NCBI RefSeq assembly: GCF_000020025.1
Contig: NC_010628.1
Span: forward strand, 7,950,001 to 7,982,000
Length of the DNA: 32,000 nucleotides
From: Nostoc punctiforme PCC 73102
Lineage (GTDB): Bacteria > Cyanobacteriota > Cyanobacteriia > Cyanobacteriales > Nostocaceae
Direction of reading: 5' to 3'
The position numbers and the translations under genes are program-made. Positions 18,606 through 26,535 of this stretch are shown in pieces. Each line of letters opens with the position of its first letter. The first letter of the stretch is position 1. Below the pieces are notes generated by a model. It saw only the letters and a program-made list of their open reading frames with translations, was not told where the DNA came from and ran no database searches.

Positions 18606-18930
18606 GTTACATCAGGTTACATCGGTTATAACTGGTGCAACCCATATATAGTAAGGCTTTCAGCTAGTGGTTATAGAAAAGGTTACATCAGGTTACATTT
18701 TAGTAGAACAAATGTAACCGCTAGGAGATATACAGGGTAAGGCTTATAGCCATTAGGTTACATAGTTACATCTATTTTAGAGAATAGATATCACCCAACT
18801 ATCTACATAACAACTAATCAGGATTTTGATGTAACTATGTAACCTAATGGCTATAACCTAGACAGGATAAGGGATATAGAGGTTACATTCAGATGTAACC
18901 GGGATGTAACCAAGTGCTAATAATGTAACT
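18606..18930. repeat. iteron/operator array: 13 copies of (G/A)GTTACAT, 7 forward and 6 reverse, often in pairs 8-11 bp apart
   Basis: Forward copies start at 18605/18606, 18615, 18681, 18691, 18756, 18764 and 18881. Reverse copies (ATGTAAC[CT]) lie at 18712, 18829, 18837, 18893, 18904 and 18923. A 29-bp perfect inverted repeat at 18744-18772 / 18828-18856 embeds four of them. Confidence 0.75.
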
Positions 18931-19057
18931 CAAGTAGAGTTAGATCCTGACAATATAGCCTCAAATCCTTACTTGGTAAGCCCTTACCCTTGAATAAGTA
19001 CAATAAAGGTGCTAAGATAACAAAAGGGTTAAGTAAAAACCACTACTCGAACATATA

Positions 19058-19564
19058 ATGAACCCTCAGAACTCCTTTACTAACCCCTATCCTCTACAAG
19101 TGGCCCTAACAGACGCTCAATGGTATGGGTTTCTGGCTGAGGATAAGCTGAATAATCCCCAGACCTTCTATGACATCCACCCGGCACTCAGAGCCATCAT
19201 CAGGGAATGGGTACGCCTAAAAGTCAAACCAACTAAAACCATCAGTAGTCAGAGATACCTAAATGGTATCAAGAGAGCCTTTGGTACTCAAACTAAACTC
19301 TACGTATGGACGGGGGTTATCCTGGGGGCACTGTTGGAGGCAGGATACCGGGCTGAGTTAAGAGGTAACGACTTATGCCTTAACTGTTCCATTAGGAAGC
19401 CAAGTAACCCGTATACGGCTTGGGAGAAATATCGCGCTATAGCCCCTATTTACTCTGAATGGGTACTGGATACCCCCAAAGGCTACTGGCTCCCTGAGCT
19501 TTACGAAGGTATGGATAACATAGCGGCTAAGTATGATCAGAGAACTAGCGCCATCCGCGCCTAA
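19058..19564 (+). CDS. hypothetical protein of the islet (possible iteron-binding/replication or regulatory protein)
   Basis: 168-aa ORF with an ATG start, located 128 bp downstream of the iteron array. No family recognised. Confidence 0.5.
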   Translation: MNPQNSFTNPYPLQVALTDAQWYGFLAEDKLNNPQTFYDIHPALRAIIREWVRLKVKPTKTISSQRYLNGIKRAFGTQTKLYVWTGVILGALLEAGYRAELRGNDLCLNCSIRKPSNPYTAWEKYRAIAPIYSEWVLDTPKGYWLPELYEGMDNIAAKYDQRTSAIRA

Positions 19565-19653
19565 GATGCCCGACAGCGATCGTGAGGTCATTCACCAGAC
19601 TTACCAATGCCTGTAGCCCCTAAAATCCACAGTAAATCCCAGAGGTCACTTAG

Positions 19654-20079
19654 TTATTTCCTTGGGTTTCTGACATGGGGCACTGTCTCTAAAACTTCGT
19701 CGATGACTCTGAGTTGCTTATCAGTGTATGCATAAGATTTGTTCTTGAAATCTCCATTAGGGCCCTTACGGTTAACTCGACGTGGTTTGATGCCATAGAG
19801 TTCTACGAACTTCTTAACCACACGGACGGCTAAAAGGTGGAAATCTCCTTTGGAAACTACTATGTTTTCTTTATCTAAATACTCATTCAGGGTCACTAAG
19901 TCCCTAGCTTCTTCTTTGTCTGCATCATTGAACACGGAATCTGCCACGGCTAGAACAAACACATGTTCTTTCTTCAGGAGGTCTTCCAAGCGATCGATAA
20001 TCTGCTTTTTGGTGAGGTTTTCCAATAAAAATAACTCGTTTACCTCTGTGCTTGATGGGATGTTTAAATAAACTTGCAC
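19654..20079 (-). CDS. hypothetical protein of the islet
   Basis: 141-aa ORF with a GTG start, convergent with 19058-19564. No family recognised. Confidence 0.45.
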   Translation of the reverse strand: MQVYLNIPSSTEVNELFLLENLTKKQIIDRLEDLLKKEHVFVLAVADSVFNDADKEEARDLVTLNEYLDKENIVVSKGDFHLLAVRVVKKFVELYGIKPRRVNRKGPNGDFKNKSYAYTDKQLRVIDEVLETVPHVRNPRK

Positions 20080-20346
20080 GATTTTGATAGCCCCTTGCTT
20101 ACTTTATTAAGTACTTGCTTGCATCAAGTTATACCTAATACTAGCCTGGTTAACCCCGTGTGTCCACTTTACTTTGTTCGACTTCATTTATTACCCACAG
20201 CAAGCAACTAGAGACCCAACGTCGGGTTATCCTGGGGCTTCTAGTGGGTTAAAAAACACTTATTAATACGGCATCCTAAATAAGGCTTTAGAGGCTAAGA
20301 AGCCCCAAGGATAGTACTTTAATGGCACTTGGCGATCGCCATTAGT

Positions 20347-20382
20347 GATGTTTTATCACTAACCGATGTTTTATCGCTAACC
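20347..20382 (+). repeat. two tandem 18-bp iterons gatgttttatc(a/g)ctaacc
   Basis: 20347-20364 and 20365-20382 are identical at 17/18 positions. The first overlaps an agtgat/atcact inverted repeat. Confidence 0.65.
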
Positions 20383-20680
20383 TTGACCTATAAGGGTTTC
20401 AGGGCACAGAGAAGAAGACTGTCAGCCTAGAGGTAAAACCCTTAACTGGTAAGGGTTCCAAGGGTGTCACCATGCGAACTTGAAGCAAAATCTAAGTCAA
20501 CTAATACTCGGCTGGGTCTAAGTCTTATCCTGTAACCATCCTGGGTGTCTTAGGGTTTATTTATCAGCCCCCTAAGTCAACTGAAAGTTATATTTACCCT
20601 CATTGGATGCTGCATATACTAACCCTTGCCCTGTAACCATCCTAGCGATTTTAAGGGTCATTTAGCTGTCATTAAGTGAA

Positions 20681-20701
20681 CTGGAGGTCTAAGACCTCCA
20701 G
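20681..20701. promoter_or_regulatory. 21-bp perfect palindrome ctggaggtct-a-agacctccag upstream of the first RHH gene
   Basis: The 10-bp arms are exact reverse complements, about 120 bp upstream of the ATG at 20820. Candidate operator or hairpin. Confidence 0.4.
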
Positions 20702-20819
20702 TAGCTCAGTTGCGCAATATTACCATCAGTTACCTAGCTGACCTCCCCTTGGCGATCGCACTTGGGCGTTTAGAAATAACTTGACTTATTTAGTTATAGA
20801 AGTAAGTTCTATAACTGAA

Positions 20820-21080
20820 ATGTCTAATCTGATTCAAATGGCTAGAGACGTTAACGGTTACACCAAGGGTAAATGTAGACCCGCAACTAACATCATCAGT
20901 ATCATCAATGACCAACCAAGGCTACAGAAGGACAAGCGCCTAATGGTTCCTATTAGCCATGAGGAACTAGAAGCCGCCCATAGCTTTGCTAGCTCCCTTG
21001 GTGTCTCTACCAGCTATCTGGTCAGACAGTTACTCAAGACCGCTATCGAGTCTCAATGTGAGGTTGGTTATGGCAGATAA
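20820..21080 (+). CDS. ribbon-helix-helix (CopG/Arc-like) protein
   Basis: The C-terminal KRLMVPISHEELEAAHSFASSLGVSTSYLVRQLLKTAI fits a strand-helix-helix pattern. The ATG at 20820 is preferred over the TTG at 20781. The stop overlaps the next gene by 11 nt. Confidence 0.5.
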   Translation: MSNLIQMARDVNGYTKGKCRPATNIISIINDQPRLQKDKRLMVPISHEELEAAHSFASSLGVSTSYLVRQLLKTAIESQCEVGYGR

Positions 21081-22890
21081 CAGAATCCAAGTCACCCTGA
21101 CGGCTAGGGATCTCCTTAGCCCCCAGCTAGGACAAATCAGAAGTAATATTGAGGCTCTAGGGGCTAGTGCTAATATCCGGGTAGGTCTTAGTGACATCAG
21201 GAACCTCGGTCAGGCTGACTTGACCAGATTAAGAACACAGATGGATTCCTTAAAGCCACCCGATAGCTCTCAGGGGTTCATGGGCGCTGCACTATTTGGT
21301 AACTTAGGAGCCTCAGCGATTACCCAGGGTATACAGATGGTAACTCAGGGTATCCAAGCATCTATAGGTGCTATCCAGTCAGCCGCTAGGACTCAAATAA
21401 ATGACTTGGCGCTAGCAGGGAACTTAGCAACGCAGTTGGGGGTAAACTTTGGTAAAGCCAAGGGGTTAGTTGCTGATACCTCTATTGAAATATCTAAAAT
21501 GGCTGAGGCTTTACCAGGGGAAAATGCTGATTACAATGCTATCTTTTCGCAGATATCCGCCACAGTTGCTGGTAATGCCAAAGGTGATGTAGGTAAGTTT
21601 AAAGAAGAGTCTATGGAGCTTACTAAGCGCTTTGGTGTTCTGTCTTCTATCCGTGGACTTGATGCCAATCAATCGGGGTCAGCAATCAACAGGGCGTTAG
21701 CTGGAACTATGGGGCTGTCTGAAGTATTTCAGATTGATATTTTCCAGAAATACCCAATGCTTCAAAGTAGCGTCAGAGATCAGCTAAAAGCCATTGGTAA
21801 AAGTACTGAAGACTGGAAAAGTTTATCAAATGATATGCGATCCAAAATATTACTAACCGGGGCTAAAGGTGCGGTTTCTGATGATACAGTAGCGTCATTT
21901 AGCGGTACTGTGGACTCAATGATCGCTGAGGCTAAATCATCGCTATTTGATGAACGTCGGGGTATCTTTGGGTTCTTAAGAACCTTGGGGTCAATGGGAG
22001 GAAGGTCAACCCTTGATAGCGTTCAAGGCGCTATGCAGTCCTTTAAAGCTTTATTAGAATCCTTGGGATCTATAAAAGGTTTCTCAGTTGACCCGATGGA
22101 AGGCGTAATCAGTGTAATGGACTGGTTCTCTGATCTTGCTGGGTCGGTTAATGGGGTATTAAATGGTGAAAACAGCAGCACTATAACTTCATTTTTAACT
22201 AATACGACTACCGGGTTCTTTGAGGGTTTTAACAACTTAGTAAACCTGGGGCTTAAGGGTATTTCTAATACTAACTGGGGAAACTTAGGTAAACAAGTTG
22301 GGGTCTATATAGGCGACGGGTTTACTAAGATTTTTACTAGGACAGACTGGGGCGCTATATCCCAAATCCTTGTCAAAAGTTTACAAGGTCTGGGCGATTT
22401 TACCTTGAACTTTATCATGGGAGCCGTTGAAGGCAACTTCAAAGAACTAGGGAATGCTTTCAACAGGGTCAAAGATGCGGTTATGACCTGGGCTAACGAT
22501 ACCCTGAAGGTTTTTAATAAACCTGGGGAACTTTTAGAAAACCTCAAAACTAGACCTTTGGCTGCTATTGGGGATACTTTAAAATCCGTAGGCGGTCGAT
22601 TAAATCCCTTGGGTGATAATGGGGTTGTAGGAGCCTTAAAGAACGGCGGAGGGTTCATAGGAGGGATGTTAAATAGTAACCCTATAACGCCTTTGAATCC
22701 TAACAGTTCTAACAGTCCTATTATACCCTTGGAAATCCCTAAACCTCCTGATAATAATAAACAGGCTTTTGTAGCACCCCACGTAATCATAAATGGCACT
22801 CATATGCAAAACCCCCAAGAAATAGCTAATGCTGTAATGGGAGCGATTAATGAGGCTTACGGAAAGTTTAAGGAGGGAAGTTTAGCCTAG
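21070..22890 (+). CDS. phage tail tape-measure-like protein (G/S/N/A-rich, predicted helical)
   Basis: 606 aa from the ATG at 21070 (gagg lies 6 nt upstream). The N-terminus MADNRIQVTLTARDLLSPQLGQIRSNIEAL and segments such as VLSSIRGLDANQSGSAINRALAGTMGL resemble TP901-type tape-measure cores. This is a similarity judgement from memory only. Confidence 0.45.
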   Translation: MADNRIQVTLTARDLLSPQLGQIRSNIEALGASANIRVGLSDIRNLGQADLTRLRTQMDSLKPPDSSQGFMGAALFGNLGASAITQGIQMVTQGIQASIGAIQSAARTQINDLALAGNLATQLGVNFGKAKGLVADTSIEISKMAEALPGENADYNAIFSQISATVAGNAKGDVGKFKEESMELTKRFGVLSSIRGLDANQSGSAINRALAGTMGLSEVFQIDIFQKYPMLQSSVRDQLKAIGKSTEDWKSLSNDMRSKILLTGAKGAVSDDTVASFSGTVDSMIAEAKSSLFDERRGIFGFLRTLGSMGGRSTLDSVQGAMQSFKALLESLGSIKGFSVDPMEGVISVMDWFSDLAGSVNGVLNGENSSTITSFLTNTTTGFFEGFNNLVNLGLKGISNTNWGNLGKQVGVYIGDGFTKIFTRTDWGAISQILVKSLQGLGDFTLNFIMGAVEGNFKELGNAFNRVKDAVMTWANDTLKVFNKPGELLENLKTRPLAAIGDTLKSVGGRLNPLGDNGVVGALKNGGGFIGGMLNSNPITPLNPNSSNSPIIPLEIPKPPDNNKQAFVAPHVIINGTHMQNPQEIANAVMGAINEAYGKFKEGSLA

Positions 22891-22960
22891 TCTAGATGCC
22901 CCCAATACTGCTGTTTGACTTTGGTTGACTTAATAAGTGATAAGGACAGAGACATTACCA

Positions 22961-23239
22961 ATGGAAAAGATTAAGAAGACCAAGCAAACAGCGGTTAGAT
23001 TTGACCAGTCTACCTGGGAATGGTTAGAGCAAGAATCCCTGAGAACTGGTAAGACTCCCTCGGCGTTACTTAGAGAAGGTGTTGAGTTACTTAAGGCTGA
23101 GGTGAGAGTACTGGCTGACCTCAAGGCACAGTTTGAGGCTTCTGGGGTTGCTTATCCGTCTATGAAGACCCAGACAGCCACAGGGATTAGACAGTTGCCA
23201 CTTAGGGGCTTTGAAGTTAACCAAACAGCCAACAGATGA
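22961..23239 (+). CDS. ribbon-helix-helix (CopG/Arc-like) protein
   Basis: MEKIKKTKQTAVRFDQSTWEWLEQESLRTGKTPSALLREGVELL fits a strand-helix-helix pattern and is followed by a coiled tail. The ATG at 22961 is preferred over the GTG at 22937. Confidence 0.5.
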   Translation: MEKIKKTKQTAVRFDQSTWEWLEQESLRTGKTPSALLREGVELLKAEVRVLADLKAQFEASGVAYPSMKTQTATGIRQLPLRGFEVNQTANR

Positions 23240-23320
23240 GACTAGGGGGCACATCGGTAGTAATACAGCCTAAAGTCAACTAATGTTTGACTGAATCTAG
23301 GAAACTCAATGTTTCCCTAG

Positions 23321-23482
23321 ATGGCTAAAGTTATCCGTAATGGTAAAGTAGTTACCTTTAATCCCAATAAGTACCCTAGAGGGTCACACGGTAGATTCAA
23401 AGAAACTCCTGATGCACCTAAAGTCACCCGTGGGGTTCAGTTAACTAGTAAATATTGGCTGAGTTATTGCCAAGCACCTTAA
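23321..23482 (+). CDS. possible 53-aa basic small protein
   Basis: Manual translation gives MAKVIRNGKVVTFNPNKYPRGSHGRFKETPDAPKVTRGVQLTSKYWLSYCQAP. It is preceded by the near-palindrome ctaggaaactcaatgtttccctag. It is below the ORF-track cutoff. Confidence 0.3.
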   Translation: MAKVIRNGKVVTFNPNKYPRGSHGRFKETPDAPKVTRGVQLTSKYWLSYCQAP

Positions 23483-23552
23483 AGTACCCTAAGCTTAAGG
23501 CAGCTTTAAGGCAGATTAAGTCAGTTTTAGACTACTAGATTTGTCTGGCCTA

Positions 23553-23624
23553 AGCCCGTGACGAGGATTGAACTCGTGACCTCACCCTTACCAAGGGTGT
23601 GCTCTACCACTGAGCCACACGGGC
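23553..23624 (-). tRNA. trnT: tRNA-Thr (anticodon GGU)
   Basis: The reverse complement GCCCGTGTGGCTCAGTGGTAGAGCACACCCTTGGTAAGGGTGAGGTCACGAGTTCAATCCTCGTCACGGGCT folds as a 72-nt cloverleaf with anticodon loop TTGGTAA. No encoded CCA. Confidence 0.9.
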
Positions 23625-23712
23625 GAAATTATGATTTTGAGTTTTCAGCTAAAAGTTAAAATGCTGGGAGTTTTGATGCTTACCCAGACATTATAACTTA
23701 TAACTTCGTAAG

Positions 23713-23798
23713 TGGTGGGCCGGGCTGGATTTGAACCAGCGTAGGCGCTAGCCAACGGATTTACAGTCCGTCTCCATTAACCACTCGGACACCGACCC
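23713..23798 (-). tRNA. trnY: tRNA-Tyr (anticodon GUA), long variable arm, CCA encoded
   Basis: The reverse complement GGGTCGGTGTCCGAGTGGTTAATGGAGACGGACTGTAAATCCGTTGGCTAGCGCCTACGCTGGTTCAAATCCAGCCCGGCCCACCA is 86 nt, with anticodon loop CTGTAAA. Confidence 0.9.
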
Positions 23799-23922
23799 GA
23801 TTTGTCTCACGATTTAAAATCTTAGCACCACCTTTTATAATTAGCAAGTGGTTAGAAAAAATAACTTGTGGGTAGAGATCGCGACAAAACTGCGTCTCTA
23901 CCATCTGGATAAAAAATACTGG

Positions 23923-24897
23923 TTATACGCTCATCTCCAGCATTCGTTGCATTGGTCGTAGTGCAGCAAGGCGAATATCCTCTAACATGGTAATTTCGGG
24001 AGTGCGATTTTTCATTGCCCAGTAGAGCTTTTCTAAGGTGTTTAACCGCATAAACGGACATTCGTTACAAGCACAGTTATTCATCGGCGGTGCAGGAATA
24101 AAATGCTTGTCAGGAGCTAGTTTTTGCATTTGGTGAATGATTCCAGGCTCCGTAGCAACGATAAATTCTTTGGTGGGGCTGTTTTGACAATACTTGAGTA
24201 AGGCGGCTGTGGAGCCAATAAAGCTGGCGTGACGCAATACACTACTTTCACATTCTGGATGTGCGATCGCCTCTGCTTCGGGGTGGGCAATTTTTAACTG
24301 AACAATTTTCTTTTCTGAAAAGGTTTCATGAACAACACAGCTACCTTGCCATAGCACCAAATCTCGTCCAGTCTGTTCCATGACGTACCGCCCCAAATTC
24401 CGATCTGGGGCAAAAATAATCGGCTGTTCCTTTGGTATCTGCTGCACAATTTTCACAGCGTTGGAGCTAGTACAAATAATATCGCTCATTGCCTTGATAT
24501 CAGCAGAGCAGTTGATGTAAGACACCACCAAATGATCTGGATGCGCTGCCTTAAAAGCTGCAAATGCCTCTGGTGGACAACTGTCGGCTAAAGAACAACC
24601 AGCATTCAAATCTGGTAAAAGTACTAATTTATCGGGATTAAGTATCTTTGCTGTTTCTGCCATGAAGTGAACGCCAGCAAAGACGATCACATCCGCATTG
24701 GTTTTTTCGGCGGCTCTTGCTAGTTGTAATGAATCCCCAATAAAGTCTGCAATATCCTGAATATCTGGCTCTTGATAATAATGCGCCAGGATAACGGCGT
24801 TGAGTTCTTTTTTAAGACTCTGAATCGCGGCAAACAAATCTAGTGGTAGTTCACCCAGTTGGGTGTTTTCTCGTTGAGCTAGTGCAGTGGTAAACAC
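23923..24897 (-). CDS. nadA: quinolinate synthase
   Basis: 324-aa ORF with [34 protein letters not shown], conserved Cys residues and HPEC, all typical of NadA. Confidence 0.95.
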   Translation of the reverse strand: MFTTALAQRENTQLGELPLDLFAAIQSLKKELNAVILAHYYQEPDIQDIADFIGDSLQLARAAEKTNADVIVFAGVHFMAETAKILNPDKLVLLPDLNAGCSLADSCPPEAFAAFKAAHPDHLVVSYINCSADIKAMSDIICTSSNAVKIVQQIPKEQPIIFAPDRNLGRYVMEQTGRDLVLWQGSCVVHETFSEKKIVQLKIAHPEAEAIAHPECESSVLRHASFIGSTAALLKYCQNSPTKEFIVATEPGIIHQMQKLAPDKHFIPAPPMNNCACNECPFMRLNTLEKLYWAMKNRTPEITMLEDIRLAALRPMQRMLEMSV

Positions 24898-25046
24898 AGT
24901 TTAGGGGTGCTTTATGTTGCAAATGTATATGCTGTGGATTCAATTATAGTAGTTTTTACCAAAAATAGTGGACGGTTGATATTTTGGGGTTGTGTCCAAA
25001 TCGGGCTGAGTTTCATATCCTGGAGATAGACGGCAAGGAAAGTGGC

Positions 25047-25976
25047 ATGACCAGTCAAGAAACTCAATCGATAAACCTCAAAATTGCTGTAGTTGGAGAT
25101 ATTCACGACCAATGGGAAGTGAAAGATGGCGTTGCACTCAAGCATTTGGGTGTTGACTTAGTGCTGTTTGTCGGGGATTTTGGCAATGAATCGGTGGAAG
25201 TGGTCAGAGCGATCGCATCTCTCGATATTCCCAAAGCAGCCGTGATGGGCAACCACGATGCTTGGTACACCGCCACCGAATGGGGACGCAAAAAGGCTCC
25301 TTATGACCGCTCTAAGGAAGACTGGGTACAGGATCAACTCGATTTATTAGGTTCGTCCCATGTTGGTTACGGTAAGTTGGATTTTCCCGCTTGGAATTTA
25401 ACTGTAGTGGGGGGTCGTCCCTTTACCTGGGGTGGCCCAGAGTGGAAATTCGCGGAAATCTGTAAAGAACGTTACGGTGTGACGAGTTTGGAAGAATCCG
25501 CCGATCGCATCTTCAAAGCAGTCAAAAGTGCCGCTTACGAGACGATTATATTTTTGGGTCACAATGGGCCTAGTGGGTTAGGCGATCGCCCCGAAGACCC
25601 CTGCGGCAAAGACTGGCACCCAATTGGCGGCGATTTTGGCGATCCAGATTTGGGCGAGGCGATTTCTCAAGCCTTGACTGCTGGTAAAACCATTCCTCTG
25701 GTGACATTTGGTCACATGCACCGCGATTTACGCCATACCAAGAAGGTGCAGCGCAAGCCCATCTTTAGAAGTCCAGAGGGGACAATTTACTTGAATGCGG
25801 CTAGTGTCCCCAGGATTGTGGAAGATGGTGGCGAGAAGTTGCGTAACTTTTCCATTGTCACCGTAGAGGCGGGTGTGGTTTCGCAAGTTTCCCTAGTTTG
25901 GGTGGGGAATGACTTTCAGGTGGCTAAGGAGGAAATTTTGTATGAGCGATCGCATCCAGTAGTGCAATCTGCGTAG
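25047..25976 (+). CDS. calcineurin-like metallophosphoesterase (cyanobacterial TIGR04168-type)
   Basis: Motifs VVGDIHD, FVGDFGNE, MGNHDAWY, FLGHNGP and FGHMH are present. The ATG at 25047 (MTSQETQ...) is preferred over the upstream alternative start at 24984. Confidence 0.8.
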   Translation: MTSQETQSINLKIAVVGDIHDQWEVKDGVALKHLGVDLVLFVGDFGNESVEVVRAIASLDIPKAAVMGNHDAWYTATEWGRKKAPYDRSKEDWVQDQLDLLGSSHVGYGKLDFPAWNLTVVGGRPFTWGGPEWKFAEICKERYGVTSLEESADRIFKAVKSAAYETIIFLGHNGPSGLGDRPEDPCGKDWHPIGGDFGDPDLGEAISQALTAGKTIPLVTFGHMHRDLRHTKKVQRKPIFRSPEGTIYLNAASVPRIVEDGGEKLRNFSIVTVEAGVVSQVSLVWVGNDFQVAKEEILYERSHPVVQSA

Positions 25977-26076
25977 ATAATAGGGTATAGTATGATCTGT
26001 CAAGTTTAGTGCTAACCAACAAAAGCGCCTGAATAGCGTCTGAAACTAGGATAAGCACAAGTTTGACAGATTTACT

Positions 26077-26161
26077 GGAGAGGTGGCAGAGTGGTCGATT
26101 GCGTCCGACTTGAAATCGGATGAGGCTAAAACCTCCGGGAGTTCGAATCTCCCCCTCTCCG
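26077..26161 (+). tRNA. trnS: tRNA-Ser (anticodon UGA), long variable arm
   Basis: GGAGAGGTGGCAGAGTGGTCGATTGCGTCCGACTTGAAATCGGATGAGGCTAAAACCTCCGGGAGTTCGAATCTCCCCCTCTCCG is 85 nt, with anticodon loop CTTGAAA. No encoded CCA. Confidence 0.9.
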
Positions 26162-26535
26162 TTGAATACTTTGTGAATACTAGCAGCCAATATCATCATG
26201 ATTATATCTTGATGATATTGTTCAGTTGCCAGATGAAACCTAATATTTGACAAGAGCTTTAAATATATAGGTATTTTTTAACACATCTACTGATGCCGGG
26301 TTTTTGGCTGGTGTTACTAAGTATAGAAGGCGATAATAATTGCAAAAGGCTTAAGCTTGACTATATGTTTAGAAGCTTAAGTAATGTAAAGCACCTCACA
26401 CTTAAAAGGTTATTTATAATTTATACAATATAATTGAATTTTCCTATTGATACCAAGCCGCCACAAACAGGCTTTTCTACATATAAGGCAGATAGGAAAT
26501 TTTCAACTTTGTAAAATAAGGTAACAAATTTAAGT

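Noticed and set aside
18606-18930. CRISPR array interpretation of the GGTTACAT cluster
   Set aside because: The repeat unit is only 8 bp, occurs in both orientations, and has irregular 2-60 bp spacing. No cas genes are present.
18967-18990. Anticodon-arm-like hairpins in the islet (ccttac-ttg-gtaag at about 18968; aaccctta-actgg-taagggtt at 20437-20457) as possible att sites related to tRNA-Thr (accctta-cc-aagggt)
   Set aside because: The similarity is limited to a 5-6 nt stem motif. The tRNA-Thr gene is intact and the islet abuts its 3' end, not the anticodon loop.
20986-21069. 28-codon upstream extension of the tape-measure-like ORF
   Set aside because: It overlaps the RHH gene in another frame. 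The ATG at 21070 has a gagg SD 6 nt upstream and gives a typical MADNRIQV N-terminus.
22305-22799. 164-aa ORF antisense to the tape-measure-like gene (also 22023-22235)
   Set aside because: It is a mirror frame of a G/S/N/P-rich gene with low-complexity K/P/G-rich content and no start context.
23531-23539. 9-mer actactaga shared between the IS630 right end (18588-18596) and the region just before tRNA-Thr, as a possible solo IS end or islet direct repeat
   Set aside because: The match is short enough to be chance in 32 kb, and it does not extend beyond 9 nt.
24912-25145. 77-aa ORF between nadA and the phosphoesterase gene
   Set aside because: It overlaps the divergent promoter region and the 5' end of the phosphoesterase gene on the opposite strand. 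No features support it.
25924-26253. 109-aa minus-strand ORF
   Set aside because: It runs straight through the tRNA-Ser gene (26077-26161) and the end of the phosphoesterase gene, so it is spurious.
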